Assembly (NCBI GenBank): GCA_964571275.1
Contig: CAZNCQ010000011.1
Span: 1 to 64,000 of the forward strand
Origin: an uncultured Myxococcales bacterium
GTDB taxonomy: Bacteria; Myxococcota_A; Polyangia; Fen-1088
DNA: 64,000 bases
Direction: 5' to 3'
In this document: positions 18,994-28,919 of the stretch, in pieces
Layout of the letters: each line of letters opens with the position of its first letter
Numbering within the stretch: the first letter of the stretch is position 1
Made by a program: the position numbers and the translations under genes
Notes under the pieces: model-generated
The model's input: the letters and a program-made list of their open reading frames with translations, nothing else
The model's database searches: none
Told to the model about the DNA's origin: nothing

Positions 18994-21900
18994 TGCTCGC
19001 CAGCACGTTCATGGACCTGGTGCTCGGGGTGGACATCCACTTCGAAATGGTCCCGATGCCGGCACCGGTCCCGACGCCGATCCCGAACCCGTTCGTCGGC
19101 ATGGTCTTCGATCCGGGCGGTTTGCTCGTCGGTCAGGTGATGAGCCTGACGATGGCGCTGGCCACTGGCAAGCCGCCGCTGGGACCGGTGCTGATCAACT
19201 CGATGCCGGCCACCACCGTCGGTACGAACGCAATCAACTCGCTCGGCGTGCCACACATCCTGATCCCGCCCGGCACGGCCTGGGCGCCGATGCCCAAGCT
19301 GCCGAAGCCGTCGTTCAAGGGGCCTCCGCCCGCGCCCGGCGCGCCGGTCAAACCCGAGGGCGACGCGATCAGCGTCTTCGGTTCGCAGACCGTCAACCTG
19401 ATGGGCACCAGCGCCGTGCGCATGGGCGACAAGTCGATGAGCTGCGGCGAGCCCGTGCGCCTGCCGTCGTCGACGGTGCTGGCGATTCCCAAGGGCATGC
19501 CGGTGATGATCGGCGGACCGCCGGCGATCTCGATCATGGACGCGGTCGGCGCTCTCCTGCGATCGAAGTGGGTCGCCGGCTACCTGCACGACATCTTGAG
19601 CCGCTTCAAGCCCGGTCGCTTGCGGAGCCTGATCAGCAAGGCGATCTGCTTCGTCACCGGGCACCCCGTCGACGTCGCGACGGGACGCGTGCTCACCGAC
19701 CAGGTCGACTGGCAGCTGCCCGGACCGCTGCCGCTGACGTTCGAGCGCAGCTACTCGTCGGCGTGGGCCAACCGCAACGGTCCGCTCGGCCACGGCTGGT
19801 CGCACAGCCTGGATCAAGCGGTCTGGGCGGAGCGCGGCCGCGTCGTCTATCTCGACGGCGAGGGGCGCGAGCTCGAGTTCGACACGTTCGCTTTTCCCGA
19901 CCACGTGCTGCCGGCCGGGGAGAGCGTCTACGAACCGATCACCCGCCTCACGCTGCGGGCGCTCGGCCAGCGTCGCTACGAGATCCACACGCACGACGGC
20001 ACCGCCCACGCGTTCGCGCCGGTCGAGGGCGCGACCGGCGAGCGCCGCTCCTGGTCGCGGCTCCTGCGCACGACGGCGCGCGCTGGCGCCGCGATCGCGC
20101 TCGAATACGATCGGCGCGGCGACCTCGCCTGGGTGCGCGATTCGGCCGGGCGTCAGATCGGGTTCGAGCACGACGCCGCCGGCCGGCTGAGCGCGGTCAA
20201 GCTACCGCATCCGACGGACGCCGGCTGGCAGGTGCACACTCGGTACGCTTACGACGCGCACGGAGACCTGGTGCAGGTCACTGACCCGCTCGGTGGGACC
20301 TGGCGCTTCGCCTACAAGCAGCACTTGCTGGTACAGGAGACCAACCGCAACGGCCTGTCGTTCTATTTCGCCTACGACGGCTTCGGAGAAGACGCGTATT
20401 GCGTCCGCACCTGGGGCGACGGCGGCATCTATGACCACATCATCGACTACGACAAGGTCGGCAAGGTCACCTGCGTGAGCGACAGCCTTGGCCGCACGAC
20501 GACCTACCGCATGAACGCCGTCGGGTGTGTCGTGAAGGTGACCGACGCGCTCGGCGGAGCGACATCCTACGAGTACGACGAGCGCACGCTGCGCAAGATC
20601 AAGGAGACCAGCGCCACCGGCGGGGAGACGCAGTGGAAGTACGACGACCGCGGCAACACCATCGAGATGACCGACCCGGGCGGCGCGGCGATCGCGGTGG
20701 CGTTCGACGAGCGCAACCTACCCGTGCGCGCCGTCGACGCCGTCAAGGGCGAGTGGACGTGGGGCTATGGCGACGGCGGCCGCCTGATCGGGCGGATCGA
20801 TCCCCTGGGCCGGCGCGTTCAGTTTCGCTGGGATCATCAAACCAAGCGGCTCGCGGCGATCACCGATCCCGCCGGTCACGAGTCGGCGCTCGGCTACGAC
20901 GCCCACGGAAACCTGACGTCGCTGACGGCGCCCGACGGTGCAGTGAGCGGCTGGCAGTACGACAACCTCGGGCGCTGTGTCGCGGCGATCGACGCGAACG
21001 GAAGCACGGAGCGGCGCGAGCACGATGCGCTCGGCCGGGTCGTGCGCGTCATCGAGCCCGACGGCAACGTGCGCGAGCTCTCGTACGACGGCGAGGGGAA
21101 CCTGATTGTCGCGCGCGACCGGCAGCACGACGTGCGCTTCACCTACCGCGGAATGGGCCGCCTGGCGTCGCGCCGCGAGGGCGAGACCACCGTCGCTCTC
21201 GACTACGACACCGAGGAGCGCCTGGTTGCGATCGCGAACGAGCACGGTCACGTTTACCGCTTCGAGCTGGGCGCCACCGGCCAGGTCGACGTCGAGCGCG
21301 GGTTCGACGGCATCCGGCGCCAGTACGCGCGCGACAAGGCGGGACGGGTCACCAAGATCTACCGCCCCGACGGCAGCGAGACCGTCTACCGCTACGACGA
21401 CGCCGGTCACGTCGCCGCCATCCTGCACAGCACCGGCGCCAAGGAAACATACGCCCACCGACCGGACGGTCAGCTGATCCAAGCCACCAACGATGCAGCG
21501 ACGGTGAACCTGGAACGCGACCTGCTCGGGCGCGTGCTGCGAGAGACGGTCGGCGACGATTGGGTCGCCTCGGAATTCGACGCCACCGGGCGGCGCGCCG
21601 GCGTCCGCTCGTCGAAGGGACTCGAGCAACGCATCCAGCGCGACGCCACCGGCCAGGCCGTGCGCGTGACGGCGGCGGTCAAGCACCAGGGCGACGACGC
21701 CGGGGGCTCGTGGCACGACGCCTGGCAAGCGCGGATCGTGCGCGACGCGCTCGGCGCTGAGATCGAGCGCGATCTACCCGGCGGCGTACAAAGCCGCTGG
21801 CAAAGAGACAAGCTCGGCCGCCCGGTGCAACAACGGATCTCCAGCGCGGCCGGGTTCCTGCGCGCCGTTCAATACACCTGGGACGTCAACGACCGCCTGC

Positions 21901-23261
21901 GCATGATGGTCGACGCGACCCGCGGCCCGATCCGCTACGAGCACGACACCTTCGGCAACCTCTCGGCGGCCGTGTACGAAGACGGCCGCGTCGACCTGCG
22001 CATGCCCGACGCAGTCGGGAACCTGTTCCGCAGCGCGGACCGCGGCGACCGCAAGTACGGTCCCGCCGGCCAGCTTCTGGAGTCGCGCGAGCCCGACGGC
22101 CGCGTCGTCGCCTACGAATACGACACCGAGGGAAACCTCGCGAAGAAGATGGAGCGCCGTGACACGCGCGGCGACGCGCGCGTCTGGACCTATCACTGGA
22201 ACGCCAGCGGCACGCTCGCGCGGGTCGTCCGCCCCGACGGCGAGGCGGTCACGTTCACCTACGACGCGCTGGCGCGCCGTCTTTCGAAGTCATTCCGCGG
22301 GAAGACCACGCGCTGGATCTGGGATGGCGACGTGCCGCTCCACGAGTGGGTCGAGCGCTCGGCGCCGGTCCGGGATGTCGCGCCGGCTCCGCCGTCGGCC
22401 GCTTTCTTCGCCGACGAGCGCGCGGCACGCCGGCGCAAGGCCGAGCTGGCGGCGCGTCCGTCGGTTGGCCCTCCGGGTTGGGCCGCGTCGGCTGCAAACG
22501 AGCCCGGAACCCGCGAGCGTCCGGTCACCTGGCTCTTCGATCCCGAGAGCTTCGCACCGATGGCCAAGCTCATCGGCGATGACGAATACGCGATCGTCAC
22601 GGATCACCTCGGCACGCCGTCGGCGATGTACGACGCCGCAGGCGACGAGGTCTGGTCCGCAACCTTCGACGTCTATGGCGGCCTGCGCGAGGTCCAGGGC
22701 ACGCGCGGCGCCTGCCCCTTCCGCTGGCCCGGCCAATACGAAGACGAGGAGACCGGCCTCTACTACAACCGGTTCAGGTACTACGATCCGCAGAGCGGCG
22801 AGTACGTCGCCAGCGATCCGATCGGTCTGTCAGCTGGCCTTCGCCTGTTCGGATACGTCGTCGATCCGAACAGTTGGTCCGATCCGCTCGGTCTCGCCGC
22901 GGGCTGCGGCAAGGACATCGCGCTCGGGAAGGACATTCCCGGCAGCCACGGGCTCAAGGGCCTGGCCACGCAGACGGGCTCCTCGTGGTGGCGCAACTGG
23001 GCGCGCGACGGGATTACCCGGCGAACCGTGTCGAACCGGTTTGGCCGCGCGTTTCATCAGGCGGCGGACCGGGCCGAGCACATTCACTTTTCACTCGACG
23101 GCATTCCCGATGTCGGGGAGGCTGTTCGGCAAGGCGCGGCGGGGTTCACGCCTGGAAACTTCACCCACGCCGAGTTGAATCACATTGTCAACAACCCGGA
23201 CCTGCTCTCGAAGACAACGTTCTATCGTGACGGCGTGCCCCAGACCGGTTCAATATTCTGA
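18993..23261 (+). CDS. rhs: PAAR-like (DUF4150-type) N-terminal domain - Rhs/YD-repeat polymorphic toxin
   Basis: Start at MLASTFMDLVLGVDIHFEMVPMPAPVPTPIPNPF (PAAR-like); many YD repeats (YAYDAHGDLVQVTDPLGG, YDDRGNTIEMTDPGG, YDAHGNLTSL, YDGEGNLIV...); Rhs core end PFRWPGQYEDEETGLYYNRFRYYDPQSGEYVASDPIGL...SWSDPLGL (DPxGL autoproteolysis motif at 22881-22895), followed by a 121-aa C-terminal domain. Confidence 0.9.
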   Translation: MLASTFMDLVLGVDIHFEMVPMPAPVPTPIPNPFVGMVFDPGGLLVGQVMSLTMALATGKPPLGPVLINSMPATTVGTNAINSLGVPHILIPPGTAWAPMPKLPKPSFKGPPPAPGAPVKPEGDAISVFGSQTVNLMGTSAVRMGDKSMSCGEPVRLPSSTVLAIPKGMPVMIGGPPAISIMDAVGALLRSKWVAGYLHDILSRFKPGRLRSLISKAICFVTGHPVDVATGRVLTDQVDWQLPGPLPLTFERSYSSAWANRNGPLGHGWSHSLDQAVWAERGRVVYLDGEGRELEFDTFAFPDHVLPAGESVYEPITRLTLRALGQRRYEIHTHDGTAHAFAPVEGATGERRSWSRLLRTTARAGAAIALEYDRRGDLAWVRDSAGRQIGFEHDAAGRLSAVKLPHPTDAGWQVHTRYAYDAHGDLVQVTDPLGGTWRFAYKQHLLVQETNRNGLSFYFAYDGFGEDAYCVRTWGDGGIYDHIIDYDKVGKVTCVSDSLGRTTTYRMNAVGCVVKVTDALGGATSYEYDERTLRKIKETSATGGETQWKYDDRGNTIEMTDPGGAAIAVAFDERNLPVRAVDAVKGEWTWGYGDGGRLIGRIDPLGRRVQFRWDHQTKRLAAITDPAGHESALGYDAHGNLTSLTAPDGAVSGWQYDNLGRCVAAIDANGSTERREHDALGRVVRVIEPDGNVRELSYDGEGNLIVARDRQHDVRFTYRGMGRLASRREGETTVALDYDTEERLVAIANEHGHVYRFELGATGQVDVERGFDGIRRQYARDKAGRVTKIYRPDGSETVYRYDDAGHVAAILHSTGAKETYAHRPDGQLIQATNDAATVNLERDLLGRVLRETVGDDWVASEFDATGRRAGVRSSKGLEQRIQRDATGQAVRVTAAVKHQGDDAGGSWHDAWQARIVRDALGAEIERDLPGGVQSRWQRDKLGRPVQQRISSAAGFLRAVQYTWDVNDRLRMMVDATRGPIRYEHDTFGNLSAAVYEDGRVDLRMPDAVGNLFRSADRGDRKYGPAGQLLESREPDGRVVAYEYDTEGNLAKKMERRDTRGDARVWTYHWNASGTLARVVRPDGEAVTFTYDALARRLSKSFRGKTTRWIWDGDVPLHEWVERSAPVRDVAPAPPSAAFFADERAARRRKAELAARPSVGPPGWAASAANEPGTRERPVTWLFDPESFAPMAKLIGDDEYAIVTDHLGTPSAMYDAAGDEVWSATFDVYGGLREVQGTRGACPFRWPGQYEDEETGLYYNRFRYYDPQSGEYVASDPIGLSAGLRLFGYVVDPNSWSDPLGLAAGCGKDIALGKDIPGSHGLKGLATQTGSSWWRNWARDGITRRTVSNRFGRAFHQAADRAEHIHFSLDGIPDVGEAVRQGAAGFTPGNFTHAELNHIVNNPDLLSKTTFYRDGVPQTGSIF
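22896..23261 (+). other. C-terminal toxin domain of the Rhs protein (unassigned family)
   Basis: 121 aa after DPLGL: AAGCGKDIALGKDIPGSHGLKGLATQTGSSWWRNWARDGITRRTVSNRFGRAFHQAADRAEHIHFSLDGIPDVGEAVRQGAAGFTPGNFTHAELNHIVNNPDLLSKTTFYRDGVPQTGSIF; no motif I recognise. Confidence 0.6.
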
Positions 23262-23270
23262 GGAGTTGCT

Positions 23271-23627
23271 TTGTCGAACACGTCCCACGACCCATTCTTC
23301 GAACGGACGTTGAAGTCGGGCGCGACGTTCCTGGCGCGCTGGTCCGGCGCGGATGCACAGCTGTGGGAGCTGACGGCATCGCACCGGACCCTCAAGGTGC
23401 TGCTCACGCGCCCCGGATCGACGCAGAACCTGCGGCAAAACTTGCAGATCGGTTGCCTCGATCCGATCCGGATCGAGGCGCCGGTCCGATGGACGAACGC
23501 TTCGCTCTCGCTTCAAATCACGTCGTTACCAGGCGACGACACCGGTTTCGTGCTGAGTGACGCCAACGGAGCCGTCTCGATCCTCTGCGGCTCGATCGAG
23601 TTCGCGGAGAACGTCAAGGCTCCGTAG
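23271..23627 (+). CDS. putative cognate immunity protein for the Rhs C-terminal toxin (118 aa)
   Basis: Starts with TTG 10 nt after the rhs stop with GGAG 5 nt upstream; small cytoplasmic protein; position directly 3' of the polymorphic toxin gene is the basis. Confidence 0.5.
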   Translation: MSNTSHDPFFERTLKSGATFLARWSGADAQLWELTASHRTLKVLLTRPGSTQNLRQNLQIGCLDPIRIEAPVRWTNASLSLQITSLPGDDTGFVLSDANGAVSILCGSIEFAENVKAP

Positions 23628-23654
23628 TATTGCGGCGGCGGCTCGATCCCGAGC

Positions 23655-25643
23655 TCAGCGCGGCACCTTCAGCCGGTGCGTGTGGCAGGGCTCCGATTCG
23701 TCGGCGTGGCCGGGATTCAAGCGGCGCCAGCGGTTGCGCAGCTCCTGGTCGGTTTCGACCGCGACCCGATGCGCGGCGTACTCGCCCTGCGCGACTTCGG
23801 CCTCGCCGGCGCGGCCGAGCTCGCCGAGCGCGAGCGCGCGCTGATAGGAACCGTCTTCGGACTCCGGATCGATCACCAGGATCGCGTCCGCGGCCGCCAG
23901 CGCGCCGGGCGCGTCGCCGTTCAGGCCGCGCACACGCGCCAGTAAACCGAGCCCGCCGCGATCGTCGGGTAGGCGCCGCGCGAGGCGTTCCGCGAACGAC
24001 AGCGCGGGCCCGAACCGGTAGGCGTCGGTGAGCGCGCGCGCCGCGAGCCAGAGCGGCGCCGGATGGTTGGGCGCCACCGCCAGCGCTCGTTGCGCGAGCG
24101 CCAGCACGTCGTCGGTGCGGCCCTGCCGGACCGCCAGCCGCGCCAGGCCGAGCAGCGGCTCGACGCGCGTCGGCCACGCGGCGCGCGCGGCCTCGAGCGG
24201 CGCGCGTGCTTCGTCGGCGTGGTCGGCGGTCGCGTCGGCCAGCGCCAGGCCCCAATCGAGCAGCACCGCCGGATCGCTCGGCAGCGGCGCACCCGCAACG
24301 ATGCGGTCGCCGGCGATCTCGACGACGGGCAGATCCAGGCAACGCCGGCGCGGACCGGCGGGGAGATCCGCGCAGGCGAGACGCGCGTAGGCCGGCGAGA
24401 ACTTGCGGTAGTTGAGCCGCGCCTCGACGCGCGCCGTCCCTTCTGGCACCTCGAAGCGCACCACCTGCGGATCCGACGGTGCCAGCGCGGCGTCGAACGC
24501 GACGCCGCGCATGTGCTGGGGATCCCGGCGCAAGAGCGGGCGGCCGTCGGCGTCGACGGGCTGCGCGCGCACGAGGTGCGTGTCGGCGTCGAGCGCGCCG
24601 TCGCGCCCGCGCGCGCCCGATCGGCCCATCACGCGTCCGCTGGCATCGAATGCGGTGACCTCGAGCCAGACTTCGTTCGAATCCATCGTGCCGCCGGGAA
24701 AACGGTGGCCGACGCCGCGCGCGCGCAGCAAGGCATCGATCCGCCGCGGCCCCGACCAGATCAGCGCCAGCGACGCGCGACCCCGCAGGTTGCGCGCGAC
24801 ACGATCCTCTTGCTCGCCGTCGCCGCGCAGGTGCGGGAGCGCGGTATTCGCACCCAGAAAGCGGTGCGACCGGATCATGCCGTTCTTCGCGGCCGCGTCA
24901 CCCTCGGTCGCTGGCTCGAGCGGCATGTGGCAATCCTGGCAGGTCTGGCTGGCGGCGGGGCGATACACCGATCCGGCGCCGTTGCCGGCGACCGCGCTCA
25001 CGTGCCAGGCGTCGTAGTCGTCCTGGCCGCGCAACCAGCGATCGGCCGTGACGTCGGCGCCGAGCCCCACCTTGTGGCAAGTCGCGCAGAAGATCGCCTG
25101 GTTCATGAGCGGCGGGCGGACGCGCGCGCCATGCACGCCGGCGGCGGTGGGCACCGGCCGCAGATCGACGAGGTATCGCCCGTTGCCCTCGCGATCGACG
25201 TGGGTCACCGAATGGCAGATCAGGCAGGTCACGCCCGCCTGCGCGGCCCGCGTGCCGCGGAAGAGGACGCCCGGCTGATCCATCGCGCCGCTCGCGACCA
25301 GCAGCGGCTCGTGGCAGTTGCCGCAGAAGCGCGACGCGACCGCGCCTTTTTCCTGGCGAAATTGATCGGTCGCCGCGCGGTAATAGGGATTGTTGAACGA
25401 CGAGAATCGATGCGCCGACGCCGACCACTGCTTGGCCACGTCGGCGTGGCACCCGACGCAATCGGCGACACCGACGGGCGCGCCGGCGTAGAAGCCGCGC
25501 CGCGCGACCTCGCGCGCGATCGCGGCGTCCTCGGGACCGTCGCTGCCCGCAATCAACGACAACGGCGCGCCGCCGTGGGCCTCGAAGCGCGGCAACGAAG
25601 CGTCGGCCCACGCCGCTGACGACGCCATCAACGAACAAACCAT
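23655..25643 (-). CDS. multiheme c-type cytochrome (5 CxxCH) with C-terminal TPR domain
   Basis: CVGCH, CGNCH, CLICH, CATCH, CQDCH heme-binding motifs; signal peptide at MVCSLMASSAAWA; TPR-like C-terminal third; start is approximate (could be up to 25859). Confidence 0.75.
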   Translation of the reverse strand: MVCSLMASSAAWADASLPRFEAHGGAPLSLIAGSDGPEDAAIAREVARRGFYAGAPVGVADCVGCHADVAKQWSASAHRFSSFNNPYYRAATDQFRQEKGAVASRFCGNCHEPLLVASGAMDQPGVLFRGTRAAQAGVTCLICHSVTHVDREGNGRYLVDLRPVPTAAGVHGARVRPPLMNQAIFCATCHKVGLGADVTADRWLRGQDDYDAWHVSAVAGNGAGSVYRPAASQTCQDCHMPLEPATEGDAAAKNGMIRSHRFLGANTALPHLRGDGEQEDRVARNLRGRASLALIWSGPRRIDALLRARGVGHRFPGGTMDSNEVWLEVTAFDASGRVMGRSGARGRDGALDADTHLVRAQPVDADGRPLLRRDPQHMRGVAFDAALAPSDPQVVRFEVPEGTARVEARLNYRKFSPAYARLACADLPAGPRRRCLDLPVVEIAGDRIVAGAPLPSDPAVLLDWGLALADATADHADEARAPLEAARAAWPTRVEPLLGLARLAVRQGRTDDVLALAQRALAVAPNHPAPLWLAARALTDAYRFGPALSFAERLARRLPDDRGGLGLLARVRGLNGDAPGALAAADAILVIDPESEDGSYQRALALGELGRAGEAEVAQGEYAAHRVAVETDQELRNRWRRLNPGHADESEPCHTHRLKVPR

Positions 25644-25666
25644 CGCGGCAACCAGGCTCGCCGGTT

Positions 25667-27196
25667 TCACGGCTTGCGCTCCCGCCGCGGCGGCGGCTGC
25701 CCCGGAAGCCCGAGCAGCGGCACCGGCGACCGCACGTCGCGTTTCAAGGACACCGTGCCGCGCGGAGCGGTGGCCAGCCCCTTGGCGGCCGTCGGCGGCG
25801 CCTTGCCGAACGGATTGTCGGGCGGGCCGCCCCAACGACCGTAGATCGGCTCCTTGCACGCCACCGGACGTTCCCAGTAGTGGCGGATGATGTAGCGCGC
25901 CTGGAAATTGTTGGTGCCGCCGTCGATGATCTGCGCGCCCGCGTCGTCGTTGGCGCCGTCCCAGCTGGCGCGGCCACCCATGACCGGTTTGGCCTCGCGG
26001 AAGATCAAGTCCTCGGACAGCGTCTCCGCGCTGTAGCGCGTGTGCAGCCGCGTGAGCACCCAGCCGGCTCCCATGCTGCCGAAGAACGGCATGCGCCGCG
26101 CAGGCGCGCCGGCCGCGGCGCCGGACTTACCGGCACCGCCCGTTGCCGGCGGCGGGACCGCGATGGCCGCACCCTCCAGCGCGTCCAGTCCCAGCGTGGC
26201 CAGGTCGGACGCCGTGAGCGGTGGCGTCGGACACGGGTCGCACGACGTGGTCTGCCACGCGTACTCGGTGACCACAGCCTTGCGTCCCATCTTCTCGATC
26301 GTGGCGTCGAAGAGCGTCGCATAGAACGCGGGGAAGCCCTGGCGAACGGCGTCGGCGACCTCGAGGTTCGTGGGCGTGAACACGTTCGGGTAGTTCGCGA
26401 CCTCGAATCGCGACGACGGGTGCAGCACGTACACGATCAGGTCCTGCTTGCCGGTGGCGTTGAGCAGCCCGAGACGCACCGGCAAGCGCAGCTCGTTGGC
26501 GTCGAAGGCGAAACGCAGCGGCGACAGGTGGACCACACCGGCCGCGTCGCGACTCACCTTCTTGACGTCGACCTTGGCGACGAAGAACTTCGATTTGTCG
26601 CGCACGTACGGCGCCAGCGCCGCCGCCGCGCCCGCGGGGATGTGGTACTTCTCGCGGTGCAGCCAGGTCTCGAGCCCCGACGACTCGGTCGCCGACAGGA
26701 TCACGATCTGGTATTCGCCGGCGACGAACTGCGCCTCGATCTTCACGCCCAGGCCGCCGGCGACGCCCACCTCCCCTCTCCGACTCATGCCCCTGCCGCC
26801 CATGGCGCTCATGGGCGCCATGGCGCGCATGGGCGGCGTGCAGGGATCCTGCTCCCAGTACTCGACCAGCCGCGGCGCCGACAGTGAATCGATGCGGTCG
26901 AACACGTCCGTGGGCAGCGTCTTCACGTCTTCCTTGTGCAGCACGACGGGAACCGGCACGACCATCGCGAAGTCCTCGGGCGGTCCCTTGTAGTCATTGG
27001 ACATCGTCATCACCGTGCGGTTGCCCTTGCGCATCAGCACGACCTGGGACGCGTCGTTGGTCAGCTTGGCGTCGCTGCCGGCGACGAAGAACCCGCAGAA
27101 CGCCAGCGCGCGCGGCGAACCCGCGATGACGCCGATCAACCCGAACAAACCAACCAACGCGAACGGCTGCGAACGACACCACCGAGATCGGATCAT
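25667..27196 (-). CDS. secreted conserved protein of unknown function (DUF2330-like as far as I can recall), paralog A
   Basis: GGAGGAGG RBS, signal peptide then FCGFFVAGSDAKLTNDASQVVLMRKGNRTVMTMSNDYKGPPEDFAMVVPVPVVLHKEDV...; about 75% identical over the core to the adjacent gene. Confidence 0.65.
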   Translation of the reverse strand: MIRSRWCRSQPFALVGLFGLIGVIAGSPRALAFCGFFVAGSDAKLTNDASQVVLMRKGNRTVMTMSNDYKGPPEDFAMVVPVPVVLHKEDVKTLPTDVFDRIDSLSAPRLVEYWEQDPCTPPMRAMAPMSAMGGRGMSRRGEVGVAGGLGVKIEAQFVAGEYQIVILSATESSGLETWLHREKYHIPAGAAAALAPYVRDKSKFFVAKVDVKKVSRDAAGVVHLSPLRFAFDANELRLPVRLGLLNATGKQDLIVYVLHPSSRFEVANYPNVFTPTNLEVADAVRQGFPAFYATLFDATIEKMGRKAVVTEYAWQTTSCDPCPTPPLTASDLATLGLDALEGAAIAVPPPATGGAGKSGAAAGAPARRMPFFGSMGAGWVLTRLHTRYSAETLSEDLIFREAKPVMGGRASWDGANDDAGAQIIDGGTNNFQARYIIRHYWERPVACKEPIYGRWGGPPDNPFGKAPPTAAKGLATAPRGTVSLKRDVRSPVPLLGLPGQPPPRRERKP

Positions 27197-27224
27197 GCGG
27201 ACCTCCTCCTGACGCTGGCGTGAG

Positions 27225-28727
27225 TCACTTTGCCCGGCGCCGCGGCGCCACCGGACTCTTGAGCCCGAGCAACGGCACGGGCGAATGCACTTCCTTGGCG
27301 AGCGAGATCGTCCCGCGCGCCGCGGCCGCCAACCCCTTGGCCGGCGACACCGGCGCGGCGCTGAACGGAGCATCGGCCGGGCCGCCCCACATCCCGCGGC
27401 GCGGCTTTTCGCAGGCGACCGGCTTCGTCCAGTAGTGGCGGATGATGTAGCGCGCCTGAAAATTGTTGGGGCCGCTGGTTCCCGTCGCGATGGTGTCCTG
27501 GTCAATCCCGCCGCCGCCGCGTCCACCGACCACCGGCGCGGCCTCGCGGAAGATCAGATCCTCCGACAGCGTCTCCGGGCTATAGCGCGTGTGCAGCCGC
27601 GTCAGCACCCAGCTGGGCGGCCTGCCGATGAATCGCGGCGGCGCGGGCGGGCGAGCCCCGCGCGCCGTCACGGCTGGCTTGTTCGTGCCCGTTCCGATCG
27701 GCGGCGGAGCCTCGGGCGCCGCGCCGATCCCTTCGAGCACGTCGAGCCCGAGCGTCGACAGATCGTCGAGCGACAGCGGCTGCACCGGGCAAGGATCGCA
27801 CGACGTCGTCTGCCAGGCGTACTCGGTCAGCACCGCGCGCTTCCCCATCTTCTCGATGACCGCATCGAACAGCTCGGCGTAGAACGCCGGGAACGCCCCG
27901 CGCACACCGTCGCCCACTTCGAGGTTGGTCGGGATGAACGCGTTCGTGTAGTTCGCGACCTCGAACCGCGACGACGGGTGAACGACGTAGACGATCAGGT
28001 CCTGCTTGCCGCCGGCGTTGAGCAACCCGAGGCGCACCGGCAGTCGCAGCTCGTTGGCGTCGTAGCTGAACCGTAACGGCGACAATTGCACCACGCCGCT
28101 GGCGTCGCGGCGGACCTTGCGGATGTCGACCCTCGCGACGAAGAACTTCGATTTGTCACGTACGTACGGCGCCATCGCCGCGGCCGCGCCCGCGGGAATG
28201 CTGTAGCGGTTCTCGCGCAACCAGGTCTCGAGCCCTGACGACTCGGTCGCCGAGAGGATCACCACCTCGTACTCGCCGGTCACGAAGCGCGCCTCGACCT
28301 TGACCCCGAGGTCCTTGCGGCGTCTCGGGGACGACGCGCCCTCGGCGGACATCAGTTCTTCGGCCTCGACCCCGTAAGACACGCGCGCGCAGGGATCCTG
28401 CTCCCAGTATTCGACCAGCCGCGGCGCCGACAAGGAGTCGACGTGGTCGAACACCTCGGCCGGCAACGTGCGTACATCTTCCTTGTGCAGCACCACCGGC
28501 ACCGGCACCACCATCGCGAAACCCTGCGGCGGCCCTTGATAGTTGTTGGACATCGTCATCACCGTGCGGTTCCCCTTGCGCATCAGCACGACCTGCGACG
28601 CGTTGTTGGTCAGCTTGGCGTCGCTGCCGGCGACGAAGAACCCGCAGAACGCGCGGGCTGGCGCGGCGGGCAGCGCGACCACCGCGAGGGCCGCCGAGAC
28701 GCCCAGCGCGAGCGCCCAGCGCTGCAT
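27225..28727 (-). CDS. secreted conserved protein of unknown function (DUF2330-like), paralog B
   Basis: Start at MQRWALALGVSAALAVVALPAAPARA then FCGFFVAGSDAKLTNNASQVVLMRKGNRTVMTMSNNYQGPPQGFAMVVPVPVVLHKEDV...; tandem duplicate of the downstream gene. Confidence 0.65.
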   Translation of the reverse strand: MQRWALALGVSAALAVVALPAAPARAFCGFFVAGSDAKLTNNASQVVLMRKGNRTVMTMSNNYQGPPQGFAMVVPVPVVLHKEDVRTLPAEVFDHVDSLSAPRLVEYWEQDPCARVSYGVEAEELMSAEGASSPRRRKDLGVKVEARFVTGEYEVVILSATESSGLETWLRENRYSIPAGAAAAMAPYVRDKSKFFVARVDIRKVRRDASGVVQLSPLRFSYDANELRLPVRLGLLNAGGKQDLIVYVVHPSSRFEVANYTNAFIPTNLEVGDGVRGAFPAFYAELFDAVIEKMGKRAVLTEYAWQTTSCDPCPVQPLSLDDLSTLGLDVLEGIGAAPEAPPPIGTGTNKPAVTARGARPPAPPRFIGRPPSWVLTRLHTRYSPETLSEDLIFREAAPVVGGRGGGGIDQDTIATGTSGPNNFQARYIIRHYWTKPVACEKPRRGMWGGPADAPFSAAPVSPAKGLAAAARGTISLAKEVHSPVPLLGLKSPVAPRRRAK

Positions 28728-28919
28728 TCGGAAACAGGATCGGCATCGGACCATGGCAAGCCTCCTCGGTTTTGGGGTTCCCACGTCCGGCAAACGCAGC
28801 TCGGCCAAAAAAGATCTCGCGCGTCGCACAATAACGCCACCTGCGCGTGAACTCCACGCCGTCGCCGCCGGGCAGACCGCGATTTCAGTTTTGGCGCACC
28901 CGGCCGATGAACCGGGCCT

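Noticed and set aside
20525-22736. Multiple ORFs (both strands) inside the rhs gene
   Set aside because: They overlap a 1422-aa ORF with unmistakable YD-repeat/Rhs core sequence; only the rhs frame is credible.
14300-24000. A complete T6SS structural locus
   Set aside because: Only vgrG and a PAAR-like/Rhs effector module are present. No TssB/C sheath, Hcp, TssE-G baseplate, TssJLM membrane-complex or ClpV-like genes occur anywhere in the window.
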